Assembly: GCA_028696075.1 (NCBI GenBank)
Contig: JAQVHS010000007.1
Location: 26,603-90,602, forward strand
Source of the DNA: Candidatus Gastranaerophilales bacterium
GTDB lineage: Bacteria > Cyanobacteriota > Vampirovibrionia > Gastranaerophilales > JAILCC01
Length of the DNA stretch: 64,000 nt
Reading direction: 5' to 3'
Shown here: one piece after another, positions 24,651 to 34,670 of the stretch
How the letters are laid out: each line of letters opens with the position of its first letter
Position numbering within the stretch: position 1 is the stretch's first letter
Notes under the pieces: generated by a model
Told to the model about the DNA's origin: nothing
The model's input: the letters and a program-made list of their open reading frames with translations, nothing else
Database searches by the model: none
Position numbers and translations under genes: made by a program

Positions 24651-27600
24651 ATGAAAAAGAATATTATTTCCGCTTTGGTCTTAGCAGGAATTTTGGCCTG
24701 CTCACTTAATCAGAATGCGGCACAAGCCGGTAATGTTACTATTACAAGTTATTCTGAACTGCCGGGCGCCGGATTAATCTCGGGGGATACATTAACATTA
24801 GATGCTGATATTACAGTTACTGATGATAATATGCAGAGTTATTACCCTAGCGGTACATTTACAATTTTCGGGCAAGGGAATTCTCTTGATGGTTCAAGCC
24901 TTTATGAAGGTTTCACCATAATAACCCCTTCTATTTATACTTTAAATAATGTTACCGTTAAAAATTTCCTGAGAAGTGCAGGCGATGGCGGCGGTATTCA
25001 TAACAGTGCATCGCTTAATTTAGCAGGCACCAGTGTTATCGGTGATTCAAACAATGCTGCAAACGGCAGCGGCGGTTTTCTTTACAACACATCTTCGACA
25101 GTATCTTCCGCTGATAACCTTATACTTACTTCCAACACTGCACAAATAGGTGGGGCTGTTTATAATGCTACAGGCGCTACTTTCACGGCAACAAGTGATA
25201 TTTCAGCCTCAGGCAACAGCGCTGTCAACGGTCAAGGCGGCGCGATTTTTAATATGGGTACGATAGGTATCGCTACGGGAACTTTTACTTCTAACTCTTC
25301 CACACTGGACGGTGGCGCTATTTATAATTCAAACAATTTCACAGCGTCGGGAAATCTTATTTTTGGTGATTATACGGGTTCTGTAGCTTCACAAGGCAAC
25401 AGCGTTTCCGACGGGCATGGCGGGGCTATTTATAATTCGGGTACTATGGATTTGCAAGGCGGAGCAGAATTCTATGATAATAGTGCGGCTTCTTCTTTAA
25501 CAGCACATGGCGGCGCAATTTATAATACAGGCACCCTGAATATCGGGGGCACCGCTTTAACGGCTATAGATAATGCTACAAGTAATGGCGATGGCGGTTT
25601 CTTATATAACAGCAGTGCTAATACCGTGAATATAACTTCAAATAACGTTACGCTTAGCGGCAACTCTGCTTTATCAGGCGGTGCTGTTTACAACATGGGA
25701 ACCGTAGATTTTACCGGAACTTTGAATGCTTCAAACAACACAGCAACAGCAGGTGATGGCGGATTTTTATACGCGGGAGCCGGTTCATCTACATCTATTG
25801 ATAATGCAACAGTATCAAATAATACAGCTTCAAGCAGAGGCGGAGCTATCTATATGGAAGGTGCCCCGGGTAATGCTGCTGTAGTAGATATAAGCGCTTC
25901 CCTCTCTGACACAACCTTTACCGGTAATACTGCAGGCGGCAACTCCAATGCTATATATATGAATTCAAATTCAACAGTTAATATTGATTCTGCCGTGACT
26001 ACCCAGGTGGTCTTTAACGACAATATTATTGCTAATGCGCTTAATAACAATATAAATATTACATCGGGTAATGTGAATTTTAACGCGGATATTCAGGTTA
26101 ATGCCGCTTCATCTTTAGTATTAACAAATGCAGGCAATACCCAGCTGACAACTGCTGCGATAACTTCAGGCACATCAGGCAATCCCAACACCTTTACGGT
26201 TAATTCTAATGCGGGCAGCGTAACTTCAACAGGAGCTGTCAGTGTAAACGATTATAATGTATTGGACTTAAATACAACTTCCACAGGTACTGTTTCTTTA
26301 AATACGGTTTCAATGGGAACGTCATCAGACGTTAATTTGAATGCGGGTACGGCTGATTCCGTAGAGATTACCAATTTGAACATTAATGGTACCGGTAATA
26401 CACTTGATTCTACAGGGGCAAATGCCAATATAGGAACGGTTACATTTAGCTCTACATCCGATTTAACTTTAAATACCCAAAATCTGAGCATAACAACAGG
26501 AATTGTTTCTAACGGAGCAGGTACATTAAATAAAGCAGCTACAGGAACTTTGGATTTAGGTTCGTTAACTGTTACTGCCGATAATTCCCTCACAATTAAT
26601 TCTAATGCTGGTGATACAACATTTACCACCGCAAGCCTCGCCAATGCTGCATCAGGCAACACAACTCTTACGTTGAATGCAAATGCGGGTAATATTGCTT
26701 CTACGGGAGCTGTCAGCGTAAATGATGACAACATCTTGAATTTATCAAATAATGCGTCAGGAAGCACACTTGCACTTAACGGCGTAACAATGGGAGCAGA
26801 TTCACAGATTAACATTGCCGCCAATAATGCAACACCGGGTTCAATGGATTTAGGTGCCGTTACTGTTAATTCAACCGGCAATACCATTACAAATACAGTT
26901 CCTGCCAATGCTGCAACATTAGGCGTAATTACCTTTAATAACACATCTGATTTAACATTAAATTCCGCGGGTCTTGATATTACAGGTGTTACCTCAAGCG
27001 GAACCGGCACTTTAAATAAAACTGCCACAGGCACTCAGGATTTGGGAACAGTGGCTGTCAGTGCCGATAATGTTTTAAATATTATTTCTACGGCGGGTGA
27101 TACAACGTTTACTACTGCAAATTTAACCAATGCTACAACAGGTAATACAACTACTTTGAGCTTAACTTCAAACGGTTCGGATATTTCTTCCACCGGAGCT
27201 GTCAGCGTAAATGATAATAATACTTTAAATCTTACTACAGATTCTACGGGAGTCTTAAGCTTAAACGAAGTTGTACTTGGTGCAGACTCGCAGGTTAGGG
27301 CATTTTCGGGTAATTCCACTGCCGATTCTTTAGATTTAGGCAAGTTAACCGTTAATTCTACAGGTAATACTGTTTATAATAACCTTACATCAAGTAATGC
27401 TGTTTTAGGTGATATAACTTTGAATAATACGTCTTCTTTGACTTTAGGGTCGGGAAATCTTCAAATTGACAGCATTATTTCAAACGGAACAGGTACTGTT
27501 AATAAAATTGTAGCCGGAAGCCAGGATATTGGAACGTTGACGGTTAATTCCGATAATGCATTGTCCATTAATTCTTTAGCCGGTACTACAACATTTACAA

Positions 27601-30600
27601 CCGCAAGCCTTGCCAATGCTACATCAGGAAATACTGTATTAAATCTTAAATCAGATGCCGGCACTCTTACTTCATCGGGTCTTATCAGTATAAATGACGG
27701 TAATATTTTAAGTTTAACAAATGCCGTATCATTGGGTTCGATTTCACTCAATAGCGTATCAATGGGGGCAAATTCACAGATTGATATTAATGCAAACCGT
27801 ACTATCGCCGGCGCTATCAGCTTGGGATCTCTTACAGTGAATTCAACAGGTAATACCGTTACAAATACGGTTCCTGCCAATACTGCAACATTAGGCGTAA
27901 TTACCTTTAATAATACGTCAGATTTAACACTAAATTCAGGCGGTTTAAGTATTTCCGGGGTTACTTCAGACGGTGCGGGAACATTAAACAAAATTGCCGC
28001 AGGTACTCAGGATTTAGGAACATTAACCGTTAATGCCGATGATTCTTTGGTCATTAATTCAACAGCAGGAGATACAACGTTTACGAATGCCGGTCTTACA
28101 TCTGCGACAACCGGAAATAATTCAATACTTACACTAAATGCAAACGGGGGAAATATTGCTTCCACAGGAACAGTTACGCTCAACAACGGCGGTATATTAA
28201 ATGTAAATATGGCTGATACGACAAGTACCATTACTTTTAATGTGCTTAATATGACGGATAATACTCTGCTTGATTTATCCAACGGTAAAACCGAAACATT
28301 AGACATAGCTACTTTTAATGTTTTAAGCCCTGCTGACGTTGCAAAAGTAAGACTTGATATAGACTTAGGCGCTCAAACCACCGATTATTTAAATGTTTCC
28401 AATGCAATGACAAATGCCGTAACACTTGATTTTAATGCTGCGAATATTTTGAACAATCCGGGCGGCAGAAATGTATATTATTTTGAAGTTGCCAACGATA
28501 ATGTAAATATTAACGATTACAATAATCCACGTGTTGCTGTATTTTCTGCAACTAACGGATATTATATTTCTTACTTAAATATGCCTCCTAACTTACATCC
28601 GGGAGATGAATACACTTATCCTAAAAATACTATAAGAGTGACAACCGAAGACGTTAACGATGGATTAAGAGATGCGGTAACGGAACAAGGTTTAAGATTC
28701 TTTGACATTACTACATTGGATGAAATTCACTATGTAGGCAATAGCGCCGTTAATTCAGGTGAAGGGTTGCTTAATATGGATGTTACCACCGATGGTTCTT
28801 ATCCGGGCGGTACTTTAACAGTTAGAGGCAACGGATTTAACGGTACTATTTCAGGCGCGGCTACTCTTCCCGGCTTGACACCAGTTTCGTTATTTAAGGT
28901 AGATTCTTCTGCCGATGATGTATCGAGAACATTAAATATTGAAGGCGGTATAACTATTGCCGATGCAGTAGGTACAAACGGGGCTGCGGTTTATCTTAAA
29001 GACGGCGCTACAGCAGGCACTGCGAATTTGAATTTAGATGATGTTGCATTTACTTCTAATCAAAGCAGCGCACAAGGCGGTGCCATTTATAACGAAGGTA
29101 CTGTAGCTTCAACAGGAACAGTAATATTCGGCAGCTCAACAGACAATACAAAGGGTAATACAGCGGGAACTAACGGTGGTGCGATTTATAATCCTTCTAC
29201 AGCAACATTTAATGCGGATACGGGTTTTTACAATAACTCGGCAACTGCAGGAAGCGGCGGCGCTGTCTATAATACGGGAACATTATCGCTAGGAAGCGGA
29301 ACCGGTTCAAATATTGCAGCAGTAGAAAACCTTGCCTCATCAGGTGATGGCGGATTTTTATATAACGATACCGCTGCAACAACTACAATAAATGCGGATA
29401 ATATCGGCATATTATCCAACCAGGCACAGGAAGGCGGAGCCATTTATAATGCAGGAACTATAGTTTCAACAGGAACGATATTATTCGGCGATTCAACAGA
29501 TAATACAAAAGGTAATATAGCAGCTGTTAATGGCGGTGCAATTTATAATACTTCTACAGCAACATTTAATGCAAGTGCGGGTTTTTATAATAACTCCGCA
29601 ACAACAGGAAATGGCGGCGCTGTTTATAATGAAGGCTCATTATCCTTAGGAAGCGGAACAGGCTCACAGCTTGTAGCAGTAGAAAACCTTGCCTCATCAG
29701 GTAATGGCGGGTTTTTATATAACGATGCTGCGGGAACAGCTACGATAGGTGCAGATAATAGCAGTATACTATCCAATCAGGCGCAATCAGGCGGTGCCAT
29801 TTATAATGCAGGTAGTGTGATTTCAAACGGCACAGTAATATTCGGCGATTCAACAGATAATACAAAAGGTAATATAGCAGCTATTAATGGCGGTGCAATT
29901 TATAATACTTCTACAGCAACATTTAATGCGGATACGGGTTTTTATAATAACTCGGCAACTGCCGGAAGCGGCGGCGCCGTTTATAACGAGGGAATATTAA
30001 CGTTAGGAGGCGGAGTCGGTTCAACTGTTGAAGCAGCAGAGAACAAGGCGGATAATGCTCAAGGTGGATTTTTATATAACACCACTACCGGAACAACTAC
30101 GATAAATGCAGATAATATCAGTATATCATCCAATCAGGCACAATCAGGCGGCGCAGTTGCAAATACAGCCGGTGCAACATTTAATGTAACGGCTTCTAAT
30201 ATTTTGTTCAGCGGCAATACTGCTCTTTCTTCCACTACAGGAGGCGGCGCTATTTATAACGATGCAACGGGTGTTGCTAATCTGCAAGGTAATACTGTGT
30301 TTACTAATAATACTTCAGCAAGTCAGGGCGGTGCGATTTTTAATAATCTTGGCTCTGTAACATTAGGGGTTGATAAGACCAGTATTCACAATTTTACGAC
30401 TAATAATGCTCAAGATGGTGCGGCAATTGCCAATATCGGAGGGTCTGTTTCTGTAGAAGGCAATGCTGTATTTAATGGCAATACGGCTTCTGCAAAGGGT
30501 GGCGCTATTTACAACGAACTCGGTTCTGTAATAATAGGTACTGCCTCTGATAATGTTCACAGTTTTGTCGCTAATACTGCACAAGATGGCGGTGCTGTTT

Positions 30601-32960
30601 ATTCTTTAAATAATAATCTTGTATTTATCGGACAGACAACTTTCACAGGCAATAGCGCAACAGGAGATGGCGGTGCTGTTAATACCAATTTCAGTGATAT
30701 TAACTTTAGTCCTAATACCGTCTTCAATTCTAATAGCGCAAATAAAGGCGGTGCATTATTTGTAAACGGAAGTATCGTTAATATTGAAGAAGGTACTCAA
30801 TTTGTTAATAATACAGCTGTTTTGGATGGCGCTGCTATTTATATGACAGGAACAACAACCGACAATGCCGTTGTCAATATTAATTCTGATAATCCTTCAG
30901 CTCCTGTAGTATTTGCAAATAATACTTCAGGAAACGGGAATGCAATTTATTTGGAACAAAATTCTGTTTTGAATTTGAACGCCTCAAATAATGCAGGATT
31001 GGTATTACCTGAAAATATTGCAGGAACCGATAATAACAATATGATTAATGTTTACGCAGATTCTGATGCTCCCGTTACATTTAAAGGCAATAACAGCAGT
31101 TACGCCGGTGATTTCCATCTATACACAGGAGATGTTTATTTTACAAACGGTTCGACTTTCTTCAAAGGCGGAAATTACACGCTTGATGCCGGTACAGAAT
31201 TACATTTGATGAATAACCAAATTGATATTGTTACAGCTAAATCATTAAACTTACCTTCGGCAGATACTCCATATATGACAATGGATGGGGATTTGCAAAC
31301 CGGATTGAACGACAGGTTCTTTACTAATTCACCTGCGTTAGGAAACTTGACTATTTCAGACCTTAATTTAATGAATGAAAACAATGCTGCTGATACATAC
31401 TTCCAGATTGCAGACGGCGCTAACGTTAAACCTTTATATGAAGGAATGCAGACTAAGGGCAAATATTACAAATACGGAATATATTCGGCTCCTTCAGGAC
31501 TTAGGGTAGAAAAACAAGGCTTGATAGACACTTCTTATCAAGGCGGTCAGGTAGCTCAACTGGGGGCTTTAGCTAACCAATATATTATTTATAACCAGCT
31601 TGCCAAGAGAGCCGAAAATCTTTCTATCCAAAAATTCTATGAAAGAAAAGCCAAAGCTCAACAAAAAAGTGCTGAAAATACATCAGAAATTGCTGTAAAT
31701 AATGAACAGGAAAAAGTAAGCGAAATTTATATTCCGGCGACAGAAATTGTTCAAGCTCAGGAAGAATTAGCAAAAGAAGAAACTACGCTTGAAAACGCCA
31801 AATCTCAACCTGAAATAGCTGCAGCGGATGAATCCGGAGTAAAAGGCGAAACTCCTTTCCAACGTTTATTTACCAAGAAAAATAAAAAGGAAAATCCTAA
31901 AGTGCAGAATGAATTCTTGAAACAAAATCAGGAATTAATTACAGAATCAGCTGATATAAAAGAAGTATCAGATAAAGTACAAGTGGCTGCAGCACCTGCT
32001 GTGCTGAAACAAGAAAATACCGTTGAAAAAACAGCGGCCAGCGTATCATCCGATATACACTTAAATCTTGATGCTGATGTACTCCCTAAATCCGTTGATA
32101 ATTCGGTTATTTTAATCGATGAAAATAAACTTCCCACTTTAAGGTCTGATTATAATCAAATGATTAGCGCGCAGCCTGCTTATGACTTGAATTCAGGCGG
32201 GGTTTGGGTAGAACCATTTACTACAATTGAAACAATCAGCCCGGGCGGGTTATCAGGGTTTAAAAACTTCAATTACGGGGTATTGCTTGGCTATGATTTG
32301 CCTGTTAAAACTCTGGATAACGGATTGGAACTTCAAAGCTCCATATTTGGCGGTTATCAAGGTTCAAATCAAGATTATGATAATGTCAGAAACTGGCAAA
32401 ATGGCGGTTTTGGCGGCTATATGCTGAATTTATACAAAGGTAACGCATTCTCAACAGTAAGCTTACTTGCCGGCGGTATTGGTATTGATGTTCAGGATAA
32501 TCAGGGTAAAAACAACCAAAACTACGGTATGTTTACTTTGGGTGTGTCTTCCAAGACCGGGTATAATATCGGATTACCTGCTAATTTAATTCTTCAACCT
32601 AATTTAACGTTGGCGTATTCTTTCCTGACAGGACATGAGGGACAAAATGCCATCGGAGAAACAATAAAGGTTAATGCACTGAATAACCTTCTTGTAACTC
32701 CGGGAGTTAAACTGATTGGTGATTACAAAGGTTGGCAGCCATATTTAACCGCCGGTTTTGCGTTCCCGTTGTTTGGCAAAACTTTAGCTAACGTAAATAA
32801 CATTAATATGCCTGACGTGACCTTGCGTCCTTATATTGAATACGGCGGCGGAGTGAGAAAAAGCTTTGGTGAAAGGTTTGCAGGATTTTTTGAAGCCGTT
32901 TATAGAAATGGCGGAAGAACCGGTATTACCTTCCAGGGCGGGTTTACAATCAAATTCTAG
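24651..32960 (+). CDS. Giant autotransporter (type Va) with Pmp-type (GGA[I/V/L], FxxN) passenger repeats
   Basis: The ORF is 2769 aa. The signal peptide is MKKNIISALVLAGILACSLNQNAAQA. By my count there are about 30 GGAIYN/GGAVYN/GGFLYN motifs interleaved with F-x-x-N. A charged linker spans about 31560-32190. A C-terminal beta-barrel-like domain (about 32195-32957) has alternating aromatic/Gly strands and ends in ...GGFTIKF. Confidence 0.9.
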   Translation: MKKNIISALVLAGILACSLNQNAAQAGNVTITSYSELPGAGLISGDTLTLDADITVTDDNMQSYYPSGTFTIFGQGNSLDGSSLYEGFTIITPSIYTLNNVTVKNFLRSAGDGGGIHNSASLNLAGTSVIGDSNNAANGSGGFLYNTSSTVSSADNLILTSNTAQIGGAVYNATGATFTATSDISASGNSAVNGQGGAIFNMGTIGIATGTFTSNSSTLDGGAIYNSNNFTASGNLIFGDYTGSVASQGNSVSDGHGGAIYNSGTMDLQGGAEFYDNSAASSLTAHGGAIYNTGTLNIGGTALTAIDNATSNGDGGFLYNSSANTVNITSNNVTLSGNSALSGGAVYNMGTVDFTGTLNASNNTATAGDGGFLYAGAGSSTSIDNATVSNNTASSRGGAIYMEGAPGNAAVVDISASLSDTTFTGNTAGGNSNAIYMNSNSTVNIDSAVTTQVVFNDNIIANALNNNINITSGNVNFNADIQVNAASSLVLTNAGNTQLTTAAITSGTSGNPNTFTVNSNAGSVTSTGAVSVNDYNVLDLNTTSTGTVSLNTVSMGTSSDVNLNAGTADSVEITNLNINGTGNTLDSTGANANIGTVTFSSTSDLTLNTQNLSITTGIVSNGAGTLNKAATGTLDLGSLTVTADNSLTINSNAGDTTFTTASLANAASGNTTLTLNANAGNIASTGAVSVNDDNILNLSNNASGSTLALNGVTMGADSQINIAANNATPGSMDLGAVTVNSTGNTITNTVPANAATLGVITFNNTSDLTLNSAGLDITGVTSSGTGTLNKTATGTQDLGTVAVSADNVLNIISTAGDTTFTTANLTNATTGNTTTLSLTSNGSDISSTGAVSVNDNNTLNLTTDSTGVLSLNEVVLGADSQVRAFSGNSTADSLDLGKLTVNSTGNTVYNNLTSSNAVLGDITLNNTSSLTLGSGNLQIDSIISNGTGTVNKIVAGSQDIGTLTVNSDNALSINSLAGTTTFTTASLANATSGNTVLNLKSDAGTLTSSGLISINDGNILSLTNAVSLGSISLNSVSMGANSQIDINANRTIAGAISLGSLTVNSTGNTVTNTVPANTATLGVITFNNTSDLTLNSGGLSISGVTSDGAGTLNKIAAGTQDLGTLTVNADDSLVINSTAGDTTFTNAGLTSATTGNNSILTLNANGGNIASTGTVTLNNGGILNVNMADTTSTITFNVLNMTDNTLLDLSNGKTETLDIATFNVLSPADVAKVRLDIDLGAQTTDYLNVSNAMTNAVTLDFNAANILNNPGGRNVYYFEVANDNVNINDYNNPRVAVFSATNGYYISYLNMPPNLHPGDEYTYPKNTIRVTTEDVNDGLRDAVTEQGLRFFDITTLDEIHYVGNSAVNSGEGLLNMDVTTDGSYPGGTLTVRGNGFNGTISGAATLPGLTPVSLFKVDSSADDVSRTLNIEGGITIADAVGTNGAAVYLKDGATAGTANLNLDDVAFTSNQSSAQGGAIYNEGTVASTGTVIFGSSTDNTKGNTAGTNGGAIYNPSTATFNADTGFYNNSATAGSGGAVYNTGTLSLGSGTGSNIAAVENLASSGDGGFLYNDTAATTTINADNIGILSNQAQEGGAIYNAGTIVSTGTILFGDSTDNTKGNIAAVNGGAIYNTSTATFNASAGFYNNSATTGNGGAVYNEGSLSLGSGTGSQLVAVENLASSGNGGFLYNDAAGTATIGADNSSILSNQAQSGGAIYNAGSVISNGTVIFGDSTDNTKGNIAAINGGAIYNTSTATFNADTGFYNNSATAGSGGAVYNEGILTLGGGVGSTVEAAENKADNAQGGFLYNTTTGTTTINADNISISSNQAQSGGAVANTAGATFNVTASNILFSGNTALSSTTGGGAIYNDATGVANLQGNTVFTNNTSASQGGAIFNNLGSVTLGVDKTSIHNFTTNNAQDGAAIANIGGSVSVEGNAVFNGNTASAKGGAIYNELGSVIIGTASDNVHSFVANTAQDGGAVYSLNNNLVFIGQTTFTGNSATGDGGAVNTNFSDINFSPNTVFNSNSANKGGALFVNGSIVNIEEGTQFVNNTAVLDGAAIYMTGTTTDNAVVNINSDNPSAPVVFANNTSGNGNAIYLEQNSVLNLNASNNAGLVLPENIAGTDNNNMINVYADSDAPVTFKGNNSSYAGDFHLYTGDVYFTNGSTFFKGGNYTLDAGTELHLMNNQIDIVTAKSLNLPSADTPYMTMDGDLQTGLNDRFFTNSPALGNLTISDLNLMNENNAADTYFQIADGANVKPLYEGMQTKGKYYKYGIYSAPSGLRVEKQGLIDTSYQGGQVAQLGALANQYIIYNQLAKRAENLSIQKFYERKAKAQQKSAENTSEIAVNNEQEKVSEIYIPATEIVQAQEELAKEETTLENAKSQPEIAAADESGVKGETPFQRLFTKKNKKENPKVQNEFLKQNQELITESADIKEVSDKVQVAAAPAVLKQENTVEKTAASVSSDIHLNLDADVLPKSVDNSVILIDENKLPTLRSDYNQMISAQPAYDLNSGGVWVEPFTTIETISPGGLSGFKNFNYGVLLGYDLPVKTLDNGLELQSSIFGGYQGSNQDYDNVRNWQNGGFGGYMLNLYKGNAFSTVSLLAGGIGIDVQDNQGKNNQNYGMFTLGVSSKTGYNIGLPANLILQPNLTLAYSFLTGHEGQNAIGETIKVNALNNLLVTPGVKLIGDYKGWQPYLTAGFAFPLFGKTLANVNNINMPDVTLRPYIEYGGGVRKSFGERFAGFFEAVYRNGGRTGITFQGGFTIKF
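26095..28260 (+). repeat. About 4.5 tandem copies of a ~474-489-bp (~160-aa) coding repeat inside the autotransporter
   Basis: The anchor S(T/S)G(A/L/T)(V/I)(S/T)... (STGAVSVND, SSGLISIND, STGTVTLNN) recurs at 26229, 26703, 27192, 27675 and 28164. Each unit contains GTLNK..GTQDLGTLTV..D..L.INS.AGDTTFT. The outer boundaries are approximate. Confidence 0.85.
29076..30146 (+). repeat. Three tandem copies of an exact-length 357-bp (119-aa) coding repeat inside the autotransporter
   Basis: The anchor ggcgg(t/a)gccatttataa occurs at 29076, 29433 and 29790, with the next unit starting at 30147. An 89-nt stretch starting at 29484 and at 29841 differs at a single position. Confidence 0.9.
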
Positions 32961-32975
32961 TTAATGAGGATATAA

Positions 32976-34160
32976 ATGAAATTCAGATTTTTATGCTCGG
33001 GCGAATCCCATGGGAAATCTTTAAATGCAATCATTGAAGGTCTTCCGGCTAATTGCCCTGTTAATGAAGATGAAATCAATGAAGCGTTAACAAAACGCCA
33101 ATCAGGCTACGGGCGCGGCGAAAGAATGCAGATAGAGTCTGATACGGTAGAGATAAAATCAGGTATACGTTTCGGGCTTACGACAGGTGCGCCTGTTTGC
33201 CTTGAGATTAAAAATAAAGACTATGAAAATTGGGCAGCTGCTATGGATGTGCGGACGCCCGATTTATCTGACAGTAAGCTTGCAGAGATTATTGCTTCTA
33301 AAAAAATAACTAAAGTCCGCCCGGGTCATGCGGATTTAGCAGGGGCATTAAAGTATAACCAAACCGATATCAGAAATATACTGGAGCGCTCCAGTGCCAG
33401 AGAAACCGCTGTAAAAACAGCAGTAGGAGCCATAGCTAAACAAATACTTAAGAATTTTAATATTGAGATTTTTTCAAATGTAGTTTCAATAGGCGGTGTT
33501 GAAACAGTTGATAAAAATTTATCTTATGGTGAGAAAAAAGGGCTTTGCTCCAGCAATGACCTGAGATGTGCAGATAAAGCCGTTTATGAAAAAATGAAGG
33601 CACGAATAGATGAAGCCAAGTCCAAAGGTGTAACCTTAGGCGGCAAAGTTGAGGTTGTTATAATGAATTTGCCGGTTGGATTGGGGTCTTTTGTTCATCA
33701 TGACAGAAAGCTTGACGGATTATTGGCACAGGCTGTAATGAGCATTCAGGCTGTTAAAAGCGTTGAAATCGGATTAGGCGTCAAATCGGCTGAAATTGAC
33801 GGTGCTAAAATGCATGATGAAATATATTATGACGGCAAAGTTGAGCGCTCTTCTAACAATGCAGGCGGAATAGAAGGCGGCATGTCTAACGGCGAGCCTG
33901 TTGTTTTAACTTTTGCGATGAAGCCTATTCCTACGATGCAAACTCCTTTAAATTCAATAGATTTGGATGATAAATCCGCTCATCAGGCTCACTTTGAACG
34001 TTCCGATACCTGTGCGGTTCCTGCTTGCGGTATAGTAGCAGAGGCTATGTGTGCTTGCGTGCTATTAAACGCTTTTTTGGAAAAATTTGGCGGCGATTCA
34101 CTGGAGGAGTTAACAGCTAATTATAACTCTTACATTGAAATGATTGCAAAGAGGTTATAA
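32976..34160 (+). CDS. aroC: Chorismate synthase
   Basis: Motifs SGESHGK, RQSGYGRGERMQIE, RPGHAD, SSARETA and GGIEGGMSNG are present. The gene starts 15 nt after the autotransporter stop. Confidence 0.95.
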   Translation: MKFRFLCSGESHGKSLNAIIEGLPANCPVNEDEINEALTKRQSGYGRGERMQIESDTVEIKSGIRFGLTTGAPVCLEIKNKDYENWAAAMDVRTPDLSDSKLAEIIASKKITKVRPGHADLAGALKYNQTDIRNILERSSARETAVKTAVGAIAKQILKNFNIEIFSNVVSIGGVETVDKNLSYGEKKGLCSSNDLRCADKAVYEKMKARIDEAKSKGVTLGGKVEVVIMNLPVGLGSFVHHDRKLDGLLAQAVMSIQAVKSVEIGLGVKSAEIDGAKMHDEIYYDGKVERSSNNAGGIEGGMSNGEPVVLTFAMKPIPTMQTPLNSIDLDDKSAHQAHFERSDTCAVPACGIVAEAMCACVLLNAFLEKFGGDSLEELTANYNSYIEMIAKRL

Positions 34161-34670
34161 ATGCCTAAAAATATTGTTTTAACAGGGATGATGGGTGCAG
34201 GCAAGACAACAGTCGGCAGGTTGTTAAAAATGTCGTTGCGTAAAGATTTTGTGGATATAGATACAGAGATTGAAAAAGAAGCGGGTAAAACTATTGTAGA
34301 GATTTTTGAGTGCTATGGAGAGGAGCTTTTCAGAAAGCTTGAGCATAAAATTATATTAAATTTTTCCCGGGAATCTGATATTATAATTTCAATAGGCGGC
34401 GGTGCGCTTGAAAATGAAGAAAATTACATAAATTTGTCTTCAAACGGTGTACTGTTTTATCTGCAAGCCTCGGCAGAAGAACTTTACGAAAGAGTAAAAC
34501 ATGATAAAAACAGACCACTTTTAAAGACGCTTAAGCCCAAAGATACACTTGAAAAATTATTAAAAAAAAGGGAAGAGCGTTATTTGCTTTCTGATGAAGT
34601 AATAGAAACCTCGGGTAAAAGTGCGGCAAATATTGTTGAAGAAATAAAGGTTCGCTATGAAAAATATTAA
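34161..34670 (+). CDS. aroK: Shikimate kinase
   Basis: The Walker A motif is GMMGAGKTTVGRLL and ISIGGGA is present. Length is 169 aa and the gene abuts aroC. Confidence 0.9.
   Translation: MPKNIVLTGMMGAGKTTVGRLLKMSLRKDFVDIDTEIEKEAGKTIVEIFECYGEELFRKLEHKIILNFSRESDIIISIGGGALENEENYINLSSNGVLFYLQASAEELYERVKHDKNRPLLKTLKPKDTLEKLLKKREERYLLSDEVIETSGKSAANIVEEIKVRYEKY

Noticed and set aside
25850-28306. Long minus-strand ORFs inside the autotransporter: 25850-26050, 26252-27034 (260 aa), 27035-27343, 27461-27991 and 28007-28306.
   Set aside because: They lie antisense to the T/N/S/G-rich repeat modules, whose codon usage leaves the reverse frames free of stops. Their translations are monotonous V/P/L/F strings that mirror the repeats. 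They have no SD or independent start context. The plus-strand gene has a signal peptide, known motifs and a beta-barrel.
24651-32960. Whether the regular repeats of the autotransporter could be a CRISPR array.
   Set aside because: The units are 357-489 bp long, directly abutting, translated in one long frame and mutually divergent throughout. There is no short-repeat/unique-spacer alternation and no cas genes.
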